NCBI RefSeq assembly: GCF_009914755.1
Contig: NC_060939.1
DNA length: 64,000 bases
Strand: one strand, 5' to 3'
Source: the human T2T-CHM13v2.0 reference genome, Homo sapiens
The position numbers and the translations under genes are program-made. This document shows, piece after piece, positions 53,761 to 64,000 of the stretch (the first letter of the stretch is position 1; every line of letters begins with the position of its first letter). The notes under the pieces were generated by a model. It had not been told where the DNA came from and did not search any database. It was given only the letters and a program-made list of their open reading frames with translations.

Positions 53761-54929
53761 TTCAAACTCCCTGTCTCTCTGAGACAGAGTCTTGGTTCTG
53801 TCGACAGGCTGGAGTGCAGTGTTTATTTGTAGTTTCTTCCACTGTCTGCCATGTCCTCCTCCTCAGTCCACTATTCATTTACATTCTTTCCTATTTGGTT
53901 TTCATTTACCACTATTCAGTCTCCTCAGGTCAGGTCTTGAAACATTCTCTTAATAAGAAAGAATCTGATGTAAATAGCAATAGTAGTGACATCTGGTCTG
54001 GCTTTTTTAAATGGGGAAAGATTGAAGGTTGAGATACCTTTTCAAGGTCTGCCCTTTGTGGCTCTGAACAAAAAGACTATCAACATGATTATCAAGGAAA
54101 CAGTTTTTTAATACTCTTTCCTCAACCTCTGGACAATACACAAAATGGGATAGCTACGCCTCACAATCCCAGCAACTGATCACATTCCCCTCCAATATCA
54201 ACTCAGAGGCCTGAATCTACCTGTGAATTTTCACCACCTTTGCCTACATGGCCAGGTAGATGCATCTTAGGGAATGGCATCCAAGTAATACTAATGCTCT
54301 GGAATGAAGAGATTCCCAGTCTAGCAAGTCACAAAATTATGAAAGAGCAGTGCCCAGAGGTTCCTTTCAGATACACAATTCAACATCCAGTTTTCAAAAT
54401 ATTAGGACTGCATGGCACTATCCATCAGCCTGGTGATCTTCAGAGGAATCCGGGCTTTCCAGAGAGCCAGCGTGTTTCAGCTTTGACTATAACTGAAAAA
54501 CTTCCAGTAATAGCTTTCTTTATGATCATTGACATTCATCACTGGCATCCAACTGAAGTTCTATATATCATATTCACAGATGAACATATTCACAGATGAA
54601 TATGATTTCTAAACTGGGTAAACTAGAATATGCCACTTCATGGAGGTTGCCTACCTGCCTTTCCTCAATTTTATTCCAATTCTCATTTATAAATGCCCTT
54701 TGGCTGGCTAATATTTTGGTAAGCACATAGGTAGGTGTGTGTAAATTGTCTATCATGCATTCCAACAATCCACGCTTGCTTGCCGAAGGAAACATACCAT
54801 AAATCATGGTATTTGTCTTCCCCCAGATACTACTTAAAAGGGCACAAATAAATGATGAATATTATCGTCACTGGCTCACTCCTTCCCATGCCACAAAATA
54901 TAACGAATATCACTGGAATGGGAGTTAGG

Positions 54930-55110
54930 AGACCTATATCCTTGTTCCAGTTAACTGCTGATAGGGTGACTTCAGGCAAGTCACCAACTCTGAAAAACCC
55001 TCCAGAGTGAAAATAAAAATCCTGTCCTACTTTCCACTTAGGGTAACTATGAACAGGATGAAGTGATGCATGTGACAATTTATTTATCACTACTATATAA
55101 ATATAAGGGG
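54930..55110 (+). mobile_element. MIR fragment
   Basis: GGGTGACTTCAGGCAAGTCACCAACTCTG..GAACAGGATGAAGTGATGCATGTGA. Confidence 0.55.
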
Positions 55111-55465
55111 TCAGCGTGAGGCAGGGAGGGACAGGGGCGGGATAGCAGTTGCCAGTGATAAGAGGAGGTCCATTCTGTTGGGGGCACTGCTTCGGGAGAT
55201 CTGTTTATTCTGTAATTAACAATAAGCAAGGGAGACCTCTGAGATGCTTACTTAGAGGTCATCATTTCAATTTGACTGCTATTTAATAAATATTTTCTCT
55301 GGTTGTAGATAGCTCCCTTAAAAATAAACAATTATTTTCAGCATATGAGCGAAAGAAAATACATTTATCTGCCATGTGCTAGCTGTTCGTTATAGGATTT
55401 AAGGGTCCATGAAAAAAATGATAAAAAAGAAAATACTCAGAATAATTCAACAATTATTTTCAAAG

Positions 55466-56234
55466 TGAGATAGATCAGGGATCCCTCTTAGGGGCCTGCC
55501 AGCCCCTGAACCATAGATATAAAGGAAAATCTTGAGTTTCTTCAAGGGGAATTCCAGGCACATAAAAGTAAATGAGCAACTTGGCAAGCAAAAAGGTAAT
55601 AGTGGCTTAAAACAATAGTCAAGGAAGTTAGAGTTGCGAGATGTCTGATTCCCTATAGAAACTAAAGATAACATCTTACCATAAATCCCTTAGTTGTTTT
55701 TCAGAAACCCAGACCCCCACCAAACAGATCTGCTGGCATGTAGACCTCAGATAAGGAGGAGCTGAGGACTGGACTCTGACTGCCTGCCGTCTTTTACTCC
55801 AAATTTCTTCCTCGGAGGCCTGGAAGGAGTCATCCTCATAAGCCAAAGCTAGCATCCTTTTCTGTTGACCCCAAGTCTTTAGACAATGCTTCCTTTCCTT
55901 AACCAATTGCAAATCAGAAAATCTTTGAATCTACTTATGACATGTTACCCTTCGCTTCAAGATATTTCGCCTTTATAGGCCAAACCAAAGGATAACCTCC
56001 ATGTGTTGATTTACAATTTTGCCTGTAACTTCCGCTTCCCTGAAATTTACCCCTACGTTTAACAACCCTTGTTTGTAAGCTATCAGAGAGGTCAGGTCTT
56101 CAGAGTGAGGTACCTGATTCTCCTTGCTTGGCGCCTTGCAGATAAACACCCACCTTTCTCCTGCTGCAAAACCTGGGTAGGAATGTTTGGCCTTACCATG
56201 CTGGGCAAGTGGACCCCAGTTCAGTTTGGTAACA
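55466..56234 (+). mobile_element. ERV1 solo LTR (MER39-like)
   Basis: TGAGATAGATCAGGGATCCCTCTTAGGGGCCTGCC..AAAGGAAAATCTTGAGTT..CCCTATAGAAACTAAAGATAACATCTT..GGACCCCAGTTCAGTTTGGTAACA; TG...CA termini. Confidence 0.8.
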
Positions 56235-56307
56235 ATAGGAATCTACATAAAAAAAATTACATTATTTCACTGAAAAATTACAGCAACAAAATGAATAGTG
56301 GTGCTTT

Positions 56308-56309
<2 letters not shown>

Positions 56310-56336
<27 letters not shown>
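56310..56336 (+). repeat. (CTG)9 trinucleotide repeat
   Basis: Nine uninterrupted CTG units. Confidence 0.95.
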
Positions 56337-56338
<2 letters not shown>

Positions 56339-56729
56339 TGTTGTATTGATCAATTCCATGCTAACAAATCTTTTTCATTTGATACGTTTCTGAAATTTTA
56401 AGGTATGTGTGTGGTGTGAGGTGGAGGGGGGACCTTGGGTAGAAATACTCTGAATTCTATTTTCCTAGAGTTATTTGCTTCTTAAAACAAGCCAGTGCCA
56501 TCATTTATAACTATAACCCTGAAGGCATCATGGTTGCCTAAATATATAAGCAAAATGAAATGTACAATTTGCAGAATCTTTATTTGAATACTTTAAAATT
56601 CTTGAATGGTTTAGGGGAAGACATGCAAGCAGTAAAAAAAAATCAAGTGTGATGCTATCTAGCAATGTTTATTAAATGCCTACTTGTGGTTCTGTTTGAT
56701 ATTCTGAAGGACAAAATGAATGTAATTGT

Positions 56730-56900
56730 GGAATCATAGAGTTATAAAGCTGGAAGGGATTTTAAATTTATCTTATCTAGCTTGTACAGTTTACTCACGG
56801 AGGAAGTGAGGCTAAAATATAATTAGTTCCTGAGGTCATTCAGGTAGGAAAGACAGGACTCAAACCCAGGTTTCCCAAGACCTAACACAAGACTCCTTCC
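56730..56900 (-). mobile_element. MIR/MIR3 fragment
   Basis: AGCTGGAAGGGATTTTAAA..GAGGAAGTGAGGCT..GGACTCAAACCCAGG. Confidence 0.6.
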
Positions 56901-57855
56901 AACACCCTCCCATTTGAAGAGCCCTGTTATATCAACTATTGCTAATGTATAATGTAAAATTCCCTAAGTGCATATAAACAACGAAGTAATTTCTAAACAT
57001 GATATTACTGCAAGGATAGACCTGACCATTAACTTTAGGCTCTGTCAACACATTTAAAAGTGGAGAAGGGGTGTTCAGGCATTACTCAAGTCATTTGATT
57101 AATGCCAGCAGTTCAGATCTTTCAGGTTCTAAAATGGACTGCTGTGTGGATAAGCTGATTTGATAGTGTTTAGGACCTGTTTCAAAGGGTGCGTGGAAAC
57201 TCTTTCCTTCCCTTCTTGCTATGTATAATAGCTTTGCGTGGGTGTTGAAGCCAGAGAATTGTTTGAAAAGAGAATTGCTGAGAATAAATCAAATCACCAG
57301 TCTTCAGAGACAATCAGTTAGGTCACATTTAGTCAACTCCGTGAAGCAAGGACAGGGGTTGGTCCTGAGTCTTGTATTTTTTTCCAAAATCGCTTTGCAA
57401 TGACATCAACTATGGCTGACTCCCCATTCTCCTGCTTCACTGCTTACCATATAATGGCCCATTATGAATGTTTTGCTGAAGGCAGAAATTAACCTTTTAT
57501 GGAAGTTTTGTCCCATTAAGTCTAGTTACTTGAATCTGGACTGATTTTCTTTCTGATGAGAAGACTTTTAGCCAATGTTTTAAGTGCTTGAAAAAAATGT
57601 TCTGGTCTTGACTGCCTGTGAGAGCCTTCCTGGTGGAAACAGAATTGTTAGTCAGCTGTCATCTCCATGGTGATTTTTTAAGGCTAAGTGTAAGTCATTC
57701 TTCTAAATATTGAGGCATAATTTGTGAATATGCAGTTGAATAAATAATAATAGAATTTTAAACAAGATAGACTGCCTTTAATTCTGCTGTTTGAGACTTT
57801 TCATGTGCTAGTCTAATCTATAACTAGTCTTCAAACATGACCTTAACAGTTTCTC

Positions 57856-58375
57856 TGAAACCACCTTTGCAAAGATTATGGAAGTGAGAGAAATCTAACG
57901 TGGCTGACTCCATCCTGCTTGTAGCCTTACAGGCTGGCTGTCCCTGTTCATTCCTGGGCAGAGGCCAAGATAACCATGGGAGGACTTTAGTTTTTAGTTT
58001 AACTTTGAAGCAAGGATGATAATAGTCCCTCCCTACAACTGATCCCCTCCTTGTTTGGGGGATGAAACCAAAAGGCCACAAAATAAGGGATATGGGAGGG
58101 GTCTGAATTCTGCTCAAATGTAGGCATAATTTCTATAGCTCATTACAGCTCAGGAGTCATGTAGCCAGAGGTCGCAAGATTTGTGACTTCCCCAATTGCT
58201 CTCATAGATCTCATCTCTATTGTAGAACCTAAGATTGATCTTTTGAGATCAACTCCAGTTATCCTGTGTGTCTGGCCTTGCATCAGTTAAACTCCTTTCT
58301 TGACTGCAATACCACAGTCTCAGGGAATTGGATTTGTCTGTGCAGCAGGCAGGAAGAACCTGCTAGGTGATTACA
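57856..58375 (+). mobile_element. LTR8A/LTR8B (ERV1) solo LTR, internally deleted
   Basis: TGAAACCACCTTTGCAAAGATTATGGAAGTGAGAGAAATCTAAC.TGGCTGACTCCATC..GCAAGGATGATAATAGTCCCTCCC..GCAGGAAGAACC..GATTACA. Confidence 0.8.
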
Positions 58376-60952
58376 TCCCCTCCTCAATGATCACGTTTTA
58401 TCTGCCTGCCTGTGTTTTATTTCACTCTACCCACTTTCCGTGTATCCGGTTCCTTCAAAGAATAGCTCTATTCTAACCACTAAGTCTTCTCTTACACCCA
58501 TCTCTTTGTATTCCCCAGTGTCTTATGCAATGCATATAACATAGGCTCCCTTGCCGGAGGAATTGCCACTTTGGGAAAAACAACTCTAGTTTGGATGTCA
58601 GGAGATCTTGGTTGAGGTTCTAACACTGCCCAGTACAAGCTCTGTGGCCTTATTAAGTTTCTCCATCTTCAATTCTTCCGTCTAAAAATTGAACAAGTTG
58701 GGCAAGATCATCTCTAATGTTCTCCGTCTGTGGATTCTATGATGAATCTCAGTTATAGAAACAAAATAATAAAATCATCAGAGAGCACTGGCTTCCTGCA
58801 CTATACTTTTAATAGAGTGTTTTTTCATCCATTATCTCTTCAAATTTATGCTCAGAGGTCAGAATTATGATAAACAGCTAAAAGCTGCTGTGAGCTGGGG
58901 AGAGGAGTAAGTGAATTCACCTCTCCAAGGAGACTTGTTCTGCAGCTTGTGAGTGCTGTTAACCCAATGTTCCCAGTGGCAAAGTAGGGGCATCAAATGA
59001 TTTATTCCTTATTTTATCTCTTTAAGTGTCCAGAAAGCTGTTAAAGCAAGAAAAAGGTCTAACAGCTCCCTACTGGCCAAGAATAAGTCTTTGGGATCAT
59101 CCATTTAGAACAATAGACCAGAATGTGTGAATCTTCAACTATATTCCCTCATCTGAACCAGAGAGAGGCAGAATAAACAAGCCAGTATGTTCTGTGCTTA
59201 CAGACTTCCTCCTTGCTATTATCTTATTTCTCCATTTCAAACCTTATATAGGTTAAAAAAAAAAAAGTAAATAGCAGAACAAAACTGTCTCCCAAAGTTC
59301 TTGGAGATGGCTAAAATAAATATTTATTAACTGCATACTATGTTATATTTATAAGTTACGGGGTCAATAGGATGTCATGATTAAGATTATAGCCCCTGGA
59401 GCTGGTTAATACAGTACTTCAAGCAGTATCTGGCTCAAAGTAAGCACACAATAAATGTTGCCTTTTAATAGTGTAGTTATTTATTATTGTGGTTACTTCT
59501 GGGTACCAGATACATGGTGAGGAAAATAGTAAGTTCCCTTTTTCCATGGGCTGCCAAAATAACCTCTACATATATTGATAAATATTTTTTAAACACTGAT
59601 TTTGGGGAAATTGTTGGTAGGACGATAAGACATACTCCAGATATTCTGGATCCATTCTCCTCCTGATATCACACCAAATTTTCCAACCTTGTGCCATAAT
59701 AAATGGGACAAATGTAGCATTTAAGTTAAAATGTAAAAACTATAAAATAAATTTACACTGCAGCTGGGGTCACCTTGGTCTTGTCCTATTTTGTAATCCT
59801 CCAGGCTGAACCAGATTTCTTTTCATTATGGGAGTGAAAATGAACTCAGCGGATTTTCTCCCCGATTCCTCTCCATTTTCTGTTTTCAGACTTCTCCATC
59901 ATGTTCTTGTGCCTGGTGAGTCCCGTTGTCAGGTCTTGTTGTGACCCCAGAGATCAATTAGAGGGTCGTTCAGTGTTTTACCATTTACTTGGCAAAGAGG
60001 ATAATGCGGGCACTGTGAGTCACCACACGGAGTTATGGTTATACATGTGACATTAAAATTAATTGTACACGTGAATACATTGGTGGTGCTCTAAGGCATT
60101 GGATTTGCTCAGAGAAAGGGATGGCTTAGGAGAAGACAGAGAAGGTAAGAACAAATTCTAGGCTAGGAGGCAAGCCGGCTAATGAGTGACATTTCCCCAT
60201 GCCACCATAGTGGTCACAGCTCCTTCAGGGGCAAGCTGGGGCACACAGCCTTCTTCTTTTATGCTCTTTCCCTCTCTAAAAACACTGGGAGCCATATCAC
60301 CCTGAGTGGACCAACACAGTCTCTAATTGGAACTTATTTTTCAGTTTCCCATGCTCTACTGGTGGCTCTGTGATAAGAGAGTTTATGGAAACATAAAGAG
60401 CCCACGTTAGTGTTTAGCCAGTGTCAAGTCTGACTAAAAATGAAATCTTGTTGTTGTCATGCTGTGGGATTTGCAAAGAGAGCCGCACTGAGGCTGGAAA
60501 ACAGGGGAACTCAAGGTGACAATTGTATGTGGGTTTTAAAGGGCAGCTATGATTAGAAATGTGCCTGTAAAAATGGCATTTCAATGTTCCAAATGTATTC
60601 CCCTTTGGTGATTTCCAGGTCAAATTCACTTAGTTTACAAATAAAAACAAAAGATTCGCAACTGCAGCTCTGGGAGCTCAGTGAAAGACTTGAATAAAGG
60701 AGAGACTTGTCCCGTCCTCGGCTGAAGAGCCCTGCTCCAGCAGGCAAGGCAGAGGCCGCCACTGAGCAGCAGAGCGGGCGAGGATGGGTCTCACAGGCGG
60801 GCTGCTCGGCAGGTGCAGCCCTGGTGCCCAGGCCCTGGGGTTCTGCAGTGCCACTAAGTGCACACCATCTCAGCCACACTCGAGAGAGCCCATCTTTGTC
60901 AATGAGTGCTTTTGAATGGACAACAAATGCATTGCCAAATTGTAAACAGCAG

Positions 60953-60953
60953 T

Positions 60954-60991
<38 letters not shown>

Positions 60992-61012
60992 CAGAGAGAG
61001 AAAGAGAGAGAG
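60953..61012. repeat. Compound (TG)n-(AG)n microsatellite
   Basis: ~19 TG units followed by ACAGAGAGAGAAAGAGAGAGAG. Confidence 0.95.
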
Positions 61013-61250
61013 AACAACAGATAAACAAGAAAAAAAACAAAAGTAAATTACTCACTGTGCCAGGTATTGTGACAGGAAGTGCTAGTCATCTATATTCTTG
61101 TGGAAAACTGGCCATTATCTGGTGTATATTGACACTTCCAAGGAATCCAGACTCAGCACCACCCCAGGTGCTATGCTTTGTAGATAGGGGAATGTTAGCA
61201 GGACATTCAAGATACGGGAATGTTATCAGGACTATTAAAATATTTCTTCT

Positions 61251-62535
61251 CTGACAAAAACAAGTAATGGGGAAAAGCCTCCCTAGTCAATAAATGGTGC
61301 TTGGATAACTGGCTAGCCATATGCAGAAGATTGAAGCTGGACCTCTTCCTTATACCATAAACAAAAATCAACACAAGATGAATTAAAGACTTAATTGTAA
61401 AACCCAAAACTGTAAAAAATCCTGGAAGACAACCTAGGCAATACCATGCTAGACATAGGAACAGACAAAGATTTCATAACAAAGACACCAAAAGCAATCG
61501 CAGTAAAAGCAAAAATTGACAAGTGGGATATAATTCAACTTAAGAGCTTCTGCACAGAAAAAGAAAGTATTAACACGGTAAACAGACAACCTACAAAATG
61601 GGAGAAAATATTTTCCAACTATGCATCTGACAAAGGTCTCATATCCAGCATCCTTAAGGAACTTATATAAATTTATGAAAGGAAACATACAACCCCATTA
61701 AAAAGTGGGCAAAGGACATGAACAGCCACCTTTCAAAAGAAGACATACATGCAGCCAACAAGCATATGAAGAAAAGCTCAATATCACTGATCATTAGAGA
61801 AATGCAAATGGAAACCACAATGAGATATCATCTCACACCTCTAAGAATGCTATTATGAAAAAGTCTGAAAGTAACAGATGCTAGTGAGGTTGTGGAGTAA
61901 CGGGAACACTTATTCACTGTTAGTGGGAGTGTAAATTAGTTCAACAATTGTGGAAAGCAGTATGGTGATTCCTCAAAGAGCTAAAAGCAGAACTACCATT
62001 AAACCCAGCAATCTCATTACTGCGCATATATCCAGAGGAATATAAATCATTTTACTATAAAGACATAAGCACACAAATGTTCATTGCAGCACTAGTCACA
62101 ATAGCAAAGACATGGAATCAATCTAAATGCTCATCAGTCGTAGACTGGATAAGTGTAATACATATACTCCATGGAATACTATGCAGCCATGAAAAGGAAT
62201 GAAATAATGTCCTTTGCAGGAACATGGATGGAGCTAGAGGCCATTATCCTCAGCAAATTAAAATAGGAACAGAAAACCAAATATCACATGTTCTCACTTA
62301 TAAGTGGGAGCTAAATGATGAGAACTTATGCACACAAAGAAGAAAACAATAGACACTGAGTTCTACTTGAGGATGGAGGATGGAAGGAGGGAGAGGAGCA
62401 GAAAAGATAACTATTGGATACTGGGCTTAATACCTGGGTGATGAAATAATCTGTACAACAAACCCCCATGACATGAGTTTACCTATGTGGCAAACTTTCA
62501 CATGTACCTCCAAAACTAAAATAAAAGTTAAAACA
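61251..62535 (+). mobile_element. L1PA15/16-like element, 5'-truncated (~1.3 kb)
   Basis: ORF2-like peptide [30 protein letters not shown]; 3' UTR CACTTATAAGTGGGAGCTAAATGATGAGAAC..CTAAAATAAAAGTT. Confidence 0.95.
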
Positions 62536-62794
62536 AAAGTTTCTTTCAACCTGTAAAATATTACATGCTATGTACTACCCTGTTGCACAGCCTCAGCAGG
62601 CTCAATCCTTCTACAGCCTGGACGTAAAGCATGCAGGGACCTCAAAGTAGAATTGCAAGAGGTGAGACCATACAGCTAAGGGAAGCAGAGTAAGGTCTGA
62701 TGTATTAAATTAAATAGAAGAAATGGCCAATACAGTTGGTTGCCCATCAAGTATTTAGTCTCTTATTGTTCCTTGTTTTGAGACACACTACTTT

Positions 62795-63253
62795 TTTTGG
62801 GGTGCAGCAACATATCCATTCCAAGGCATGATTGTGCAGAGACACTTCTGATAAGTGTGGTCCCTAATTTTCCAGCTTCCCTTGCTTCTGTGGGAAGACT
62901 TGCTGCCCATGGAAGTCTGCTGGGAAGTGGGTGTGAAGAGATGAGCTATGAAAATATTTGCTTTCCTGATTATAGAAAATAGAATGGCCTCCAAGAGCCC
63001 TTTCCCCTTTTATAGTCTTCCCATCTTGCACGGGACACAGATATGATGGCTTGAGTGTCAGTAACCTCGCTGTGACCAGGAGAGGAAGGCCACAAAAATG
63101 GAAGAAACTTTTGACCTAATTTGGTAGAGCTACTAAAATAATCATAGTAATTGCCTACCTCCCTGATCTTTTGGAGAAAACCAAAGTGTTGTTCCCTAAT
63201 GCCTCTGTCATGGGATTTTCTAATTCAGGCAGCTGAACGTATTTCTAACTAAT
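62795..63253 (+). mobile_element. Old MLT1-type LTR
   Basis: GTGACCAGGAGAGGAAGGCC..GGATTTTCT..GCAGCTGAAC.TATTTCTAACTAATA end motif. Confidence 0.45.
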
Positions 63254-63816
63254 ATGGAAGAATGGCATGGGGGCTGTTCCATCTGCTTGGAGGGACACTC
63301 AGCCATTCCAAGCACCTAGTCCAGGATACATAACAAAATTGAGACTAACTCAAGCCAATATCTCTCTCTCAGGGGTTGGAGAAAGCAAGGTATGAGGTTT
63401 TGGAGCAGCAGCCGTAGTTCTAAGGATGGGTGGATATCAGAGTTGAAGTACCAAGAAAGCCTTTTGAGGATACTCTGATCCTCTAGTTCAGGGTATGTAA
63501 AAGCAGATTCTGGCCCCAGTAGAAGTGAACTTCTCCCAAAGGAGAAGACTGAATTTATTCACCGCCTGGGTTTTCTTTTTACTGGAGAACTGCACTAAAA
63601 CAAAACAAAACAAAAAACATCTGTCTTCCTTCAGGACCTTGCAGCATCAATCAGTTTCATGCAAAGGAGAAGCTCCAGCGTTGTCTTGCCACAAAGAGCC
63701 TTGGGGGTGACCCACATTCACTGTCACATCCTTCACATCTTTTTCCATCTCGTTGTTGCTTTTTGCCACTTCTGAAATTGTTACACATTTTCTTGTTTGG
63801 ATCCCTGCATAGCCTG

Positions 63817-64000
63817 TGTGATGGTTAATATTGAGTGTCAACTTGATTGGATTGAAGGTGCAAAGTATTGTTCCTGGGTGTGTCTGTGAGGGTATTGCCA
63901 AAGGAGATTAACATTTGAGTCAATGGACTGGGAGAGGTAGACCCACTCTCAATCTGGATGGGCACCGTCTAATCAGCTGCCAGCTCAGCTAGAATAAAGC
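63817..64000 (+). mobile_element. MLT2A (HERV-L) LTR, 5' part; runs off the window end
   Basis: TGTGATGGTTAATATTGAGTGTCAACTTGATTGGATTGAAGG..GGAGATTAACATTTGAGTCA. Confidence 0.9.

Noticed and set aside
60843-60865. CTCF-like CTGCAGTGCCACTAAGTGCAC
   Set aside because: Mismatches at core positions and wrong spacing of the upstream motif; cannot be called without a PWM scan or ChIP data
60553-61254. Overlapping 94-154-aa ORFs on both strands
   Set aside because: Driven by GC content and microsatellites; no recognisable domain or convincing splice signals

Overview
This is primate, almost certainly human, genomic DNA: AT-rich, CpG-depleted, and dense in Alu, L1PA/L1M, MIR, L2, LTR and DNA-transposon fossils. 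Nearly all ORFs in the supplied track are spurious or repeat-derived. I can support one coding feature, a + strand terminal exon at 31819-32026. It encodes ...CSSSSGSVPSELEDEPACLEEIDYSTDNSSDQEGSLSELDRRIQECAFNKFEGEEEEEAPGQGGEAIP*. The EDEPxxLEEIDYS motif matches my recollection of the AGTPBP1/CCP1 C-terminus (DEDEPRFLEEVDYSAES), so I assign it to the paralogue AGBL1 (cytosolic carboxypeptidase 4, CCP4; 15q25.3). On that reading, 1-31818 is the end of a large intron, a multi-kb 3' UTR follows the stop, and the rest is downstream or alternative-isoform intron. I found no CRISPR array, RNA gene or microbial-type system. The best leads are: (1) the exon's acceptor, with a ~180-nt AG-free zone, a distant branch point, a ladder of in-frame CAG acceptors and an AG|GT junction; (2) a tubulin-tail-like EGEEEEE motif in a tubulin deglutamylase; (3) a sense MLT2A LTR with an intact donor upstream of the exon; (4) a 138-nt polypurine Alu tail with a mirror-symmetric core, facing an inverted Alu; (5) a locally duplicated MER58A; (6) a twin-primed L1; (7) a possible ancient integrase fossil. 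Repeat family names and the gene assignment come from memory of consensus sequences, not from database searches, and boundaries of old repeats are approximate.
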